Source: Phoronis australis (lineage: Eukaryota > Animalia > Phoronida). Taken from it: a stretch of DNA of 64,000 nt. This document shows positions 37,998 to 51,900 of the stretch, in pieces; position 1 is the first letter of the stretch; each line of letters opens with the position of its first letter. Under the pieces are notes generated by a model. It did no database searches. It worked only from the letters and a program-made list of their open reading frames with translations, and was not told the DNA's origin. A program made the translations under genes and the position numbers. Location: NCBI GenBank assembly GCA_002633005.1, contig NMRA01000088.1, positions 554,186 through 618,185 on the forward strand. The letters are read 5' to 3'.

Positions 37998-40900
37998 TCG
38001 TGGTATTTCCAAACTTCACACAAGAATAGTTGAAAGCGTATCATCAACCATGGGTGCATAGTACATGGACATGTCTCCGTGTCTACGGGTATATTTGGTT
38101 GAATACGCCGAATTCGCCAGGTCAAGCAGCAAAGGCATCCGCTGCACAAAGCAGACGCAAATAGAGACTAAGTTCCCTAAATCTACTGCTTATTTATGGC
38201 CTTGTTTTAATACTGATTGCCTTTTTATGCTGTTTGAGTCTCCTAATTAAGTCATTTTTTAACTTTGATAGAAATCACGAGTGATTTTCTACGCTGAATT
38301 CTCAGTATTATTGAAAACAAGTAAGGATTTGTTCACACAACACCCCTAATTTATGAACTAAGCCTCAAGCTATTTTGACTGTATTGAGGGCTCATTTTTG
38401 GTTATATTATTAGAAAATGTCATTAGTCAAAGAGGAGCTCATAATAAAGATAACATGATAGCAAAAGTACTACATCTGTGAGTAAAGAACGAAGGAAATA
38501 CGCAAAAGATTTTATGAAACTTAGTTGAGTCCCTATTTAGCACTGTTTCATGCAACCAGGTACTGATGACTCCTTCCGGTTTATAGGCCAATTAGACATC
38601 TTAGTCGCTTTACCCGGCAGAGACAGTCAAGTGCAGACTACGTCATCCATCAAATTAACCCCCTTCTTACAGTTCAACTCTGAATGAAGTTTAACCTACA
38701 ATTTGAAAAAATGCCCAATTTTGGCAGATCCTTAATATTTATCCAGAAGATATACAACAACACAATGGACAGTGACTATTGTAGACACGATTTTTAAGAC
38801 AATTTGGAACTTTGAATTCCATATATTATGAGTAACACACAACTGGACGTTTTAAATGATCAACTATAATTGTCAGGACCAATTAAATCATGAATGTTTC
38901 ATGCATCCTTCAGAAAGCGAACTTTACCTGTGTGAAACCAGAATATGAGCCGAAACACACAGATAATATTTACATATCACTGCATTCAAATGATTCTGAA
39001 AGTGCTAAGGGATTTCACTAAAGCCCAAACAACGGCACAAGTTGAGTGGCACAGCTTTGTGCCAGTCAAATTCATTTCATGAGTACCCATACCTTAAGTA
39101 ACTGCACTACCGCCGTCTGCCAACCTGTATAAGTAAATTGAAGATCAAGACAATTTAGCTTTACAAAAATGGCTTCAAATTGTTCTGCAAGATTAGAATT
39201 GACTTCTGAGCTTGTTAATAACTGAAAGCTAGTTATTGGTGTGACTCATTTTATACGCGGAGCATGATCTAGAGTTATAGTGAATTGGCAGATCTTTCAA
39301 AGTCAAGAAATCACTTCAAACATATAATGGATTGAGCCAAAACTTGATATCAGCTGTTATAACGATAAATTGGTATAAATCAGTAGTTACTTATTACTTT
39401 TTGAAAGAAAGAGGGATTTCAGCAGCTTTAATATGAAAACACTCTTGTTCACAAAAGGGAATCATTTAAACTGAAAATTGCGTTGCTTGGTAATGGAAGC
39501 AGTCAATAAGCACAATAAAACGGCTTTCAAAATTCCATTAGAATCGTCATTACCCTATGCATTTACAATTGTATAATACCTTAATATGTGACCTGTTTCA
39601 TTGCCAGTCTAAACCAATCACCTAATTATTTAACTTGGCGGCCATTTTGTTCAAGAATTTTGAATTCGAAATGCATCTTCGAAACAGGGCTTAACAAATT
39701 CGGCATGCCCTGGCCAAAGGCCACGAGATTCGAAGAGGTAAGTCACGTGATGCTATCACACGATGCACTATATCTTGAAGGTAACGCAGCAAATGTTGAC
39801 CAATTGACCAGTATATAATTTATCGCCTGTTGTAGGGACTACCTCTGAAAGGGGCACGGCAATATCAGTCAGCTTTGAATTACGCAGATTGTTTTAATTA
39901 CCATCATTAAAACGGCAACCTTAAATTCTCTTAACCTGCTAATCAAAGGGTGAAAGTTCCGTCGTAGCTGAGGCGGCCGTAGGCAAGTTATTGCAAACGC
40001 GACGATGGGTTTTAGGAGAGAGAAAACGTTACTACCGTTTCAGCTACATGCAAGACCGGACACGACCTCTCATAAAACGAGCCCATAAGCTATGTTGTTA
40101 TCAGAACACAGACTATTATGTATTGTTTTTTTTACCTAAAACAGATGCAAAATGTCCCTTCAAAGGATATTAAACCGTGTTCTAGAGTTTTAGAGATTCC
40201 ACCCACAACTGCCTCTATCTCTTTCCGTCTGAAAATTAGGATCTCCCCTCAGGTACAGATACAATAGTTTAGTTAAAATGCATTCTTGGTGCGTCACAAA
40301 GTGGATCCCGTCGATAAGTACTCAGAAACTGTTAGTCACGCTTGAAGACTTTATAAACTGTTTTTAATAGTTCCCTGCTTTTGAGGGTTAACAAGTGTGA
40401 CCTAGTCGTCGTTAAAGACTATAGAATGTGTTCCATTTCTTGTAATAAATATTTTCTGACACAGTAGCTGATTTCGCTCCATTTCTTCCAAAAATCACTA
40501 TTACGTTACCATTTTACGATTCGTGAACAAAGTCTACAAATCCATCACAAAATGTTGTAGGAAGAGCGATTGAAGCGCCAATATTGTGATGTGCTAACCA
40601 CTGCCCTGCACGTGCGCAAAATCAACAATGTTGTGGGATTGTTTTCGTAAACACACAAATAAACCAGTGATTGTTTACGTTTCTCAAGTTTACCATTAAC
40701 CCAAACTGTTCGGTTTTGATATTTGGACCTATAGAATTATATTCCGTGACAAGTGAAATGAGATAGAAAACGTAAAATAGACAGAGAATAAGTAGATTGG
40801 ACGCATTGATGGTCTTTGGTATATGTTAATAAGCAAAACAGAGTGAAATACCCTTTTAATGACTTAACACAAAATTGACGAAGAAGTCTTGTTTCTCTCA

Positions 40901-43749
40901 CACACCGTTAGGCACGGAAAAAGACTATTTAAACCAAGCTGGCTCGATACTACGTTCATCAATTTCCGTATCTGACGTTGTCGTGTACATTACGACGTAT
41001 AAAGATGCAAGCTTGTGCAACGAATTTACAACCAACTTCACCCCTCACCTTTTCTAACGGAACTTAAAGCAATAAAAAATTATAAGAACGTGGACGAACG
41101 TATGGAAGATTAAATTTCTTACCTCCACTGAGGTCCTTCGAAGAGCTTACTCATAGATAGTGTCTATGATTTCCCTGCAAGCCGTTTTTGAACTATCAAT
41201 TGTCACTTTTTTAAGAATGATACTTGAAACATGACTTGTATATAGGTAGCACACTTTTCAACCCCTCATAAAATTCTTACCTTGAATTCCAGAAGAATGA
41301 TTCAATATATTCCCCGACCTAATGCTTTTACACTGAGTGAGGTTTGCCTTTTCTTGTCACACAAACGAAAAGCTGCACACGCTGAACATTCGACAACACG
41401 TATTGTCAAACACAAGCGCTAATGCGACAATTTTATACATGTATGTACAGTGTTAGCTGTGGTTGGTCAAGAAGATCGTGTTGCAACATTGACAACATGC
41501 TGTATGGGACTTCCTTGCTTTGGTTGGCTGGTTGTGATGTAGTGTGCAAACTTGGAATATTAGACTGAACATGGAGCTCTGAGCTCGTTCAAGTTATCCT
41601 AAGATTGAGCAAGCAGTCGCGATTGTGGAAACTGTTAATACAAACATTCGTTACGTATCAAAAAACGACAGGTTCCCCCTGACTTTGTTCACATTTGAAG
41701 CTTAAAAGAGTAAAACAGCGATACAGTATTACTTAAGTTCAAGATTAGTTGAGCGATCCCAAAATTCCAAGTTGACGCATGCCTAACCATTTCATTTCCA
41801 GCACAACTTAGAAATATTATCCAAACAGAGAACGGACAGGGCATTTATGGACTTATGAAGTACAAGACTCGAGGATTTGAGATGTATTTTGATTTAAATG
41901 AACGGGAGATGCGTTCGAGACAACATTCAAGACGTAAGTGACTAACCGTAGAAACTCGAATCGTTAGCGCGGGAAATTTGTTGCAAGAAAACGTCGTACG
42001 GAAGCTGACGAATACTGCATCGAATCAGCGTCATTTAAATGTATTGTACCTCTTCAGTTATTAGAAACATTACACACATACCAGTCATGTAGAAGTTTTT
42101 TAGATAACCTCTGACACTGTGGCGAACCGTATACTACGTGGGACCGGGAACATAAACTTTGTTAAGAGCATTTTATGGGGATTCAGAAAAAGTTGATAAA
42201 ATATAGCCCTTGGGTACATGAAGGCCAGCAACTCCGTTTCCACAGCAAATCAGGAATATATAGTATATATGTATTGAACAAATTAACCAGATTCGCTCTC
42301 GAATTTTTTGTCGCCTGTCTGTTGCGCCGACATTTTGATTTCACATCAAATACATCTACTGGTGAGACCTAAATTTTATTCATACGGGTCGAATGCTCGT
42401 CCCTTAAAATCATGCTCTAGAACCAGAATTATATCTGTATGACAATTACTGAAGATTTTGATTTTCGAAACGTCGGGGTGACTTCTTTGGGTATGACGTA
42501 TGTTTAACTAATTTCCGGTGGTCAGATTTTGGTAGACTTTCCAGTTGTAAACTGTTGTGGGTCTTTGTCATAAATAGATCCGTTCAATTAAGGCCTTAAA
42601 CTGTTAAATGCCTTTTGCTTGAGGAAAGTCGCTCGATGTTATTGATAATCAAAGAAAGGATAACTACTTTTATCGTCAGGTTTTCGTCACTGACAATAAT
42701 GTTTTAAAAGACATATCGACGACCTGATGAAAGACCGTCAGTTGGCAACAACTTTTTCGCTCTACGAAGACTAACTAAAGTCAAGCGGAAACAACGTTAG
42801 ACTATGCTCATGGCATTTGGTTCCTGTGCCATCGGAGACCATATTGTGTACAACTAATTGCCTGGCTGGCAATAAAGAGGCTAAATCACCACAGGCATAT
42901 CAACTATGCACCCTGCAGCATTTTTAAGCAGAAAGAGAAGGTTATTACGCGCTATGGGTATGCAGGGCCCTCGATGCCTGAATATTGGTACCCAAATATC
43001 AGCCTCGTTACCCTGTGAAAAACAGTTAAAAATCACATAAATTCCCCTGTCCATGACCAAACATTTCCTCGAAAGACCATTCACATCAGATGGTTTCATT
43101 AACACTTCACCTGGGACTTCCCCATGTTCACGGTCACGCTTTGCATTGAACAGCATCTGGTTTAGTTTATTGTAAGAAAATGGGTGATCACATAGTATTC
43201 AGCGAAGGAAGTCACTCATGGGAGATTTTTATTCAGTACTCGACACCCCTTCTACAGTCTACTTAGTCTAGTTCCAAGAATAAAAAAACGAGTAGGTGGG
43301 TGGTCTACTCTGAACAGCCAAGGCAACGCTTTGAAACCATCAGAAATAATGACTGCATTACGAGCACCCACTGGTTCTCAACATCCGGGACCCCTGCAAG
43401 TGATTTTTGCATACTTTGGTAATGGTCCGTTACAGGAGTAGTTCTGACTACTTTAGGCAACGAACGACGTGGGGCGGCAACCAGGGTGGGGGTACTGGAG
43501 GAGTGCAATTGGTGGTGACGGGATTTTCTCATTAAAAACTGTATGATCAGGAACCACATCACCTTTCCCGCCCCACAGGTGAGCGACGGAAGCTGGTCCT
43601 GGCGTGTCAAGGTAAACACAAATAATACAATGTATCTAATTTATTCATGCTTCCTTCCTATTCCTTTTTCTAGTACTACGAATTATTTACAAGGGACAGA
43701 CATCTATCATAACGTCACTGACAGAATATGTTGTGAAAGTCTTCGTTGA

Positions 43750-44260
43750 AATCAACAAATGCGGTACGTTGTCAAGCCAAATTCCTGGGAGGGCAACAGC
43801 ACATACGTGATAAACTGATAAGCTTTCGAAACTTGAAGATGAGTCCTTGGATCCGTCTAATCTTGTCAAGGACTAATTACGTTTTATTAAGAAGTAGTCA
43901 TAAAGTAGTGTATGCAAAAATCAATTTTTCACGTTCCGAGCGTTTCTTGCTGGTCCAGCTTAGAGCTGGAACGCTTTCCCCAATATCATGTATGCATGCA
44001 AACTGATCGCAATTCATATACTCATATACATGGAATTTGACTCAAATTCAATTGATGAGCTGCACTTTATATTTGGTTTTTCATTATACGATTTACTCAG
44101 AACAAATTTAGTCTTAACACTTATCTTCACGTATCTAACTTTCCAGACTGGAGCAGAGTAAAGAGATTTAAGTTATTATTTCAACATTTTTCTAGAAAAT
44201 TTGCCGTATTTGGTAAGTGCGCGTGCTAGCATAGGTGTACTTATAGTTACATTTGATTTA
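43750..44260 (+). mobile_element. Non-LTR retrotransposon (LINE) 3' remnant
   Basis: Degenerate C-terminal motifs RSERFLLVQLRAGTL, a decayed Cys pair and IDELHFIFGFSLYDLLR (EDExHFxxxCxxYxxxR-like zinc knuckle), then a tta-rich tail. Confidence 0.65.
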
Positions 44261-46550
44261 TTAATTATTATTATGTGTCATCGTGAAATGACAAATCAGC
44301 CCAATTGGGCCTGAGTACAGGGTGTTATTACAATTCATATGTTGTCGAAATTATGAACAGAGTACCCGTTATCATAATTAATACAACTACTACTGTATAG
44401 CACAAAGTAGGAACTTATGCAAATACATTCGAAGGCAAGATTGTTACAAAAGCTAAACCTATTGGTCTATCCAGGATGAATGATAGAAAATAGTACGTAT
44501 GTCTCAGCCTAATAACAGCAGAATCCCGTTTGATCTTAAACTGTCATTCTCAGATAAAACGCGTAAGCTCTCGAGATTGTTTTCCCGCACTGCCACTCAC
44601 CTGTTCGTGTACGCGTGTGTTGGCTATCTAAGTATTCTCGTGGTCGCGTGTCTCTTGACCTACATGTACTTACAGCAAGTGGAAAGGATTCCGCACAGAA
44701 AATAAACAAATAATAGGACGGCCAACCGGATTCTTTATGATTCCAGTTTCTTTAGATATCTGTTTACGCTTAACAACTGTTGATTACTTTCCAAAGAGAA
44801 GTACTCGGTAAAGATGTTGACCGAATGTTGATAGAATGGTTTAAAGCCTCGAGCAAACGCAATCCAATTACCATATGTCCGTATGGAACTTAAGCAATAC
44901 GGATAATATTGCACGACAAAAACAACCAAGCGCTAAATTTACATGTGCAAATTTTTGTATTTTCTTCACGTTACTTACGAAACAACACAATGAGAAAAAT
45001 GAAGGACCAAGTCCATTCGTGGCTTACTCAGTGATCGTATACTCTCCTAAAAGTGCTCTGTCTTTGCACAAAGCGAACGCAGTTGGAACCAATTTCCACA
45101 ATAAGGGCCAGTGTATCCGCGCAATATTGCACTACTGTAAAAACCAAGCGCCAATTAGGCCCATATGCATCGTACAGACTGCGCAATACAGTGCCCTCTA
45201 GCTCCGTCTAACGCCGCGCAATTACATGTCATTTACGAGAATTCGTGTATAATATTGACTCGAAACTAACCGCAGCATCAGCAGAGCATGTCACAATGTC
45301 AGCTGCACAATATTGTTTTTGACAAAACCACTGACTACAGGCCATTACAGCCATGATGATTTGAACATGTTTCCCTGCCAACGAGTCTCAAATGCCACTC
45401 TAGTTGTCGTTTGAAACTTAAACTACAAGCACTGAATAAACATAACAAGCTTTTAACGTCTTTGTAATCGCTGTGGAAGCTGCCCCGGTTGCCGCGTACC
45501 ACCTGAATCCGGCGAGAACCATTTGTCTGTGAATGAAAGACTATTTTTAGAGTAGCGTGGAGAGTAATATATTTGACCCTCTTTTTCACTCACCTCTGGA
45601 AGATAACTTTATCAGCAAAGCTTTCCTGATTTCCCCGTCGATTGTCAGTGAGTCTGTTCACATACTGGATGGCTAAAAGGCTTGTTTCAGGCTGCGAAAC
45701 AAATCAATCCGAATCAGCTTTAGACAGCACTTCTTGAGAGCAGGCGAGTTTCCTTAATTAACCATTCGCATAAAATATGCATAGGCCTACGCTCTATGTG
45801 TATGTGTGCATATCCAAGAGATTGTCGAACAACAAAACTAACATTACAGGTTGATCAAGCATATATCCAGCGAGACGATGCGCTGTAGATAACCTTCCAA
45901 CCACAAACCGTTCGTGTTCAACGTCCCTCGCTGGCGCGTTAGCAACGACAAAAACCTTTTGACATTTCTGACGCACTCTCGCTAACTGAACCAGCTCCAA
46001 AACAAAATGGCGTCTACGCTCGAAAAGACTCACGGCCGCACGGCAGCCCGCGTATTGATTTTATTCTGTTATGCCTCGGCTCAATGAACGCTGGTAACCG
46101 GTTACCATGGTTACATAAAACTTCGCTAAGTCAAGACTCTCCGTATTATTCGTGCGCGTAATCATATGTCAGCTGAGCAAAATCAGAGCTACGCGCGGTT
46201 TCGTTTTTAACTTACGAAATGAATTGCCGGAAATTTATTCTTGTTCATTTGAGTATGTAACACCGTAGAACGTAGGCGGTTAAGTGAAATTAGATTTTAT
46301 TACGTTTTCATGGTGAAATGAAAACGAACGTTCTAATGGGCATTCAATTTTGACAGTGTCGCATTTCTAAACACAGGGTCGAGCCGACATTTGCCCGCAA
46401 CAACGTTCAATAATTCCCAGCTCACCGTGCTGCAGCAGTAAAGACTCTCCCTTTCAACTCAAAAACGACTGGTGGATATTTACTCCTAATGCAATCTCCA
46501 TAGAGTGTCACTTATGCATCGACAGGCAAACACAGCTAGCTGTTCTTTAA

Positions 46551-46774
46551 CATGCGCGCACCCAGCCTAAAAACGGGGGGGTGAATTTTTATGAATGTGG
46601 ACGTTTTACTACGATTCACGGGTTACGTTCGGAGTTATTATGCATTTATCGATTTCCGGTAGTTCCTGCTGTTTATGGACTTTTGTCTCGCTTTCTGCTT
46701 TGTTCGGAGTTTTTGTTTCTCAGAGGCGGACCTTTTTGCCCACTTTGCTCCCCCCCACCCTGGGTACGTACATG
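46551..46774. mobile_element. MITE (CATGCGCGCACCCAG TIR)
   Basis: catgcgcgcacccag / ctgggtacgtacatg; flanks tttaa/tttac (4 of 5). Confidence 0.65.
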
Positions 46775-47357
46775 TTTACGTCACATAAGCAGCGACAATG
46801 AAACATGATTAAAATGTGCAGATATTAACAGAATTACACACATTTATCTCAGACAACATTTTCAACAATTGTTCGGATTTTTTCATCAAGAATACGTCAG
46901 TTTTACTACGTGAATATATTTTTTCTGTTACTTTCATTTCCCCAAACATTTGCGACGTGAGTGACTCGCCGTGATACAGCTATTGAACTTGACCCATGCA
47001 CCGCCACACTCGCAAGCTCACTTAGCACGCTATGTTATTTTAGAGTTCAAGCATTCCGTCAGAAATACAAAAACTTTTTTAACAGTTATCCCCAAAAATA
47101 CATGCATTTCGATTAGCAGTTATAACTATCAGGTTCCAGGTTTTCAAACAGGATTTGGCAGTTTAAGAAATTATGCCGACTGTAAACTTTTGAGACACAG
47201 AAGCGAAGAGTCCAGCGCTCGATTTTGTTTCAGAATGCTTATTCTAGACAATGTGCTTCTGCTATTCACGTCATTTTACCTTACATACTCTCAAAAGAAT
47301 TCGTCCTTAGTTTTTTCCGCCGACTTTGATCCGATCAGCAACAAATACCTCCATGTC

Positions 47358-47514
47358 CAGTGTTCGAGCTTCAGCAAATAAATGTACTGGCCAGCCGGGC
47401 CAGTTACTTGAATATGAGAATACATCCAGATACGGCCTATGTGTGAATGTTTACTGACCCGGCCGTAAATCCACTGACCCCAGGCCACAGGGCCAGCGTG
47501 TATTTCGAACGCTG
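47358..47514. mobile_element. hAT-like MITE with probable 8-bp TSD
   Basis: cagtgttcga / ttcgaacgctg TIRs with internal actggcc/ggccag repeats; flanks tccatgtc/cccacgtc (6 of 8). Confidence 0.65.
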
Positions 47515-48636
47515 CCCACGTCCGTCATTTTCACGGAGCTCAAAAAGGAAACAGGTGAAAAAGTCGCCGCCTCGATTTCAGTAGTCTTGAACTGGAAGCC
47601 TTTGTGAGGAATCGGCGGTTTGTGATAAAATCACAAAAAACACGTTTTGCTGTTTTGTGGTTCTGGTAAACGGGCAGATAACTTTCAAAAGTCAACTCTA
47701 TCCAAAAATATCGCCAAAAGGCGTTTTTGCGGTCGAAGAATCAGTCCTTTTGGATACGTTTTCCTTCGAAATAGTTCACATTAATTTCCCGTGCCCTTAA
47801 AACGCAATTTCCTCTCAGACTGGGCTTTCCTTTTCAGACGAAGCTTAATGACTCTCGATCGGAACAATAGAGCCTTAATCATTCCTCTAATTAATAAAGA
47901 TAAATAACGGACTTCTCACGGTTTATCAGATCATTGTGATTTGTACTGTATTAAATCGATTAAAGTAGTTCCTGCACCTAGATTTTACTTAAATACGTCC
48001 GCCCTTGATTGAACTCTCCTCTTTCAAAGAGTAGAAAAATGCATGACAGACCTACTTTTCAAAATGTCAGCCAATCCCGAATTGCACTGATATTTATCCT
48101 TTCTGCCAATATCTTGGTATCACCCTCGCAACTCAAAATGCAATAAAACAAGTTTGCCCGCATTACAATGATCGATTACATACGTGTAACAATTAGGATA
48201 TTAGGTAGCCACTAGTACAAGGAGCAGGAGACGCAACCAGTAAATACCTTAGAATGGATGAGAGTGGAATTGATCTAACCTAAGCTCCGACCCCCTTGCG
48301 AAAAGTCACGTGACACCCGACGAACAAATAATGAGTTTTACCCGACAACGTGCTGTTTGTCTGGTAAAATGGCGAATTGGAAACGAAGGTGTGTCAAGAA
48401 TGCTGCGTTCTGATTGGTCAGTTAAGCCGTCACTCAAAATCTTGGCGATAAGTCAATTGCGCTATATCAGGGTGAGCCTATTTGTCCCTTAAAGTGCTTC
48501 GAACCATATCAGATTTTATAGGCATACATAAACGGGAACTTCATGTTATAAACATTTTTAAGAAAAAACACTGATCTTTAAGTTTTCAGTAGACTATGTC
48601 GTAAACTATGATTTTAATAATAGCTTTTGCTGTTAA

Positions 48637-49537
48637 AGGGACATTCTCGGCGAAAAAAGTTCTTTGACATAAATCAGCAGTAGTGAGGAACAGAACATAG
48701 TAGCAACCGAACGAAGCCGAACGCAGCCGATTGTTCTGCCTCTGAGCCAAATCTTACATACGTTAAAAGCAGAGCATTCTAAGGTTACAGATAATATCGA
48801 CAGCGGCGAGAATTGGCGAGTTGAAATAAAATCTCAAAATCACAACGGATTTTGCTGTTTTGTACATGTAGTGAAAAAAGCTAATAACTTCAAGAAGTCT
48901 GTTCCATCCACCAATAATCTTCGGATACGGAGCTTGAGACGCATCTATCATTTTGGGGTCATACGTCGAACATAAAAATGTTTTTTCAATCGCAAAACGA
49001 TGATGACCCTTTATGGTTACGTAGGGCCTAGTTGGCAAGTCTGCGTGGTCAAATATTTTCAAGATTGCTGATTTTAACTCAGTAGAAGTACATGTTTTAT
49101 AAACACAGAAACCTGTAGAATTTAATTACTGTCTTTTTACTAATGTTGCCGTGAATTGGGTCAGGTGACCGTATGCTTTAATAAAATTTATCAAAACAGA
49201 AAGATAAACACTGATAGCAAAACAACGGTATCAACATGATTGAATTTTATTTGAAATAAATGTTAGATATGCGATCTCAAAACGCTGTTACGTGTTTCTA
49301 AATACCTTTTCGTTTTCGTTTTATGCAAAAACATAGATAATAGATTGTTTGTGAAAACCACGACGTCTTGGTCATTGATATAGCCCCTCATACAAAGGTG
49401 TTACATTTTAATACAACTCTTTACAGGGTTGGGAGACTGCATAAAACACATATGAACCCAGAAAGCCATTTCTGAGATATGATGTTCCGAAGTTAGTCAA
49501 ATTTTAGCATTTTGCTCGTTACCTACACATAACTTTA
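48637..49537 (+). mobile_element. TTAA-ended non-autonomous element (same family as 32600-34314)
   Basis: Begins ttaa-agggacattc and ends cataact-ttaa; shares internal similarity with the 32600-34314 element. Confidence 0.55.
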
Positions 49538-51139
49538 ATCCCGCAGGTATACCACCGTTGCCAATGAGATATTGTACAGTGTAGCCTTTGTATACAAGCG
49601 CCTGTTCATTTCTTGGGCTGGCTCCTAAAGTTAGTGCTCTTTTCAAATATGCAACATTCTCTTATTGCAGGCAGTTATATCTTTATTTTCCACTGCTGTT
49701 CATGACGTCTCTTCGAACGCATCAGGTATGCGCTAAATATGTCAGTTGCTTGTGATGACTTCTATTTTCAGGGCTTTTCGTTTTCGACGCTTTTAGTAGA
49801 TTTGAACATCGATTTGTCTGTAGTACGTGGATCGATTTACAAGAAATTGTGCACACTTGTTTTATGGTTGATATGGCCGAGAGAAGAGTGTCTAACATTC
49901 TTGATTTTCTTTCGCATGACGGAGATGTCAGTCGACACACACCGAAACTTGGGACGATGCCTTATAAAAACGGGTGTCTCTGTTGTTTAAGGGTAAATAT
50001 CAAATCAGAGAAATAATTACATGCTTATTAATTATAGGAATATGCAAATATAGCTCGAGCTCAAAGTTGCGTGCAATTTGGGTTTTTAGAAATTCATGTT
50101 CAGTTTAAAAAATGACGGTCTTGTAATTGTTAATGAAGATTTTCCAGACTTCAAGGATTCAGAAAACATTAACTCTTACGGGTTCAAAATACACAGTTGA
50201 AAACAATTTTTTGATGAAACGTGAAAGGATTTGACGAAGGTTGACATTTAGCTTTTACGTTTTTGCGAACACAAAAATCTGCAACGCCAAGACAAAACAG
50301 TTTTGATACGGTTCGACAATGTAAAATGCCACCTATGAGATCCACCTTGGACATAGATGTAGTGCGAAAGAGAAAACAATAGAACTGCTATCTTCTAACA
50401 CTCCTGTAGATGTAGGTCTGTTAGTCTTTATTACTTTTCATCGGCATTTTTACTACTCGCAGTCACAAGGAGAGAGTAATGTTGGGGTCAATGATGTCCT
50501 GCCAGATTGACAGACCGTTTTAATTTTTAGATGAGCGCTTCCAGTGTTGTGTCTCTACCCGGTTCCACACGTATTTTTGCACTGCTATCTCTTTGCTGGC
50601 GTGTTTCCCTGTGAAAACTGTCTGCTCAATGTCCTTACGCAGAGCATAGTCAAGCTGAGCAGGTTAAGACAAGAAGACAATTCCGGGTACTACTGTTTGG
50701 CTGTGCCAGGTGGTAATGCTGACAACAGCTGCTCCATCGAAGATGGTTATCTCTGTTGAGCTGATGTTTGATCAATAGTTCCATTAATCTTACTAAGTCA
50801 GCTTTCGTAACAGAGTACGAGGACCATGCGTCTGAGAGAGAGATGGAAAGGCGTGATTGCCGTGGGCAAAGCGAGGTCATCTAAATCAGCCCTTGCACAT
50901 CTGTAATGCGATGAACAATGCAGTCGTCACATAAATTGCAAAGCAATGGCGTAATTTAAATGTACGGGTATGGAAACAAGGAGTTTAAAATAAAACAATT
51001 TATCTTGCTGTCCCAGAAGCTGAAATGCATTTCATTTTACCTCGCCCCGCATTAGTTCGGAGAGTTTGTGCATCATCTCTGGCTGCCTGTAAATTGCGGT
51101 GGCCTTGACTTCGTATTCAATGTCATAGCAAGAAATACA

Positions 51140-51900
51140 ACGATTTCACTTGGAAAATGTTCTTGGTGCGATATCTCAAGAAGGAAAGCTTTACATTCGG
51201 TTCATATACCGAGATGTACTGTAGAAGGAGCATCTCCAGGATCATTCAAATTTGGAACACTGGGTCTAAGTCTTAACGAGAAAAACAAGTTTTTACTTAA
51301 AATATGTTGTTAATGCGTTATCTTAAAAACGATTAAACTTTTCATTCAAGTGTTTGAATTTTTGTAAAGCGGTGTTGGGGTGCATCTCTAAGAACCAGTC
51401 AGATTTGAAGACATTGACCTCGTTTTCAAGGTCATAACAAGACATTTAAGAGTTCCACTGGGAATATGCTGTATACACCCAGTGGCGGATCTACGGTGGG
51501 AGGGGGGTTCAGGGGGCTTAAACCCGGCAACTTACTGAAAACGTAGATCCATCACTGACACCATATCTCAAGTAGGGAGCTTTAACTGGAAGTTTGTTAA
51601 TATTTTCCAAAGTATGGTTGGAGCATTTCCGGGCGCAAGCCAGCATTAGTGGCCTGACCTCATTTTCGCAATTGTAACAGGAATATTAAAAGTTGTACTT
51701 GAAAAAACGTTGATGCTCGATATCTCAAGAAGTAAACGTTATATCTCGTTCATATTTTGCACCGAAGTGTAGGTAGGGCATCCCAAGCTGCCGGGAAATT
51801 TGGCGACCTTGATCTTGTTTTCAAGGTCATATCGAGAAATGTTGAACCTATATAACATTATACCCTGCAAAAAGTAGAATGTTTCTTGCGAAATTTCTCA
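51140..51900. repeat. Unclassified repeat with recurring atatctcaag and gacct..ttttcaaggtcat modules
   Basis: atatctcaag recurs at ~51171, 51563 and 51720; gacct..caaggtcat at ~51416 and 51805. Hosts the 78-bp MITE. Confidence 0.55.
51480..51557. mobile_element. 78-bp MITE with CAGTGGCGGATCTAC TIR
   Basis: cagtggcggatctacg / cgtagatccatcactg with exact 5-bp TSD acacc/acacc. Confidence 0.85.

Noticed and set aside
42881-43260. Possible CR1-like RT remnant (QMLFNAK...KCLVM) and a ctgatga hammerhead-like word at ~42725
   Set aside because: The motifs are fragmentary and interrupted, and the hammerhead lacks the GAAA strand.
50550-50720. LDYALRK peptide on the minus strand resembling an RTE-type RT
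   Set aside because: No flanking QG or ADD motifs found.
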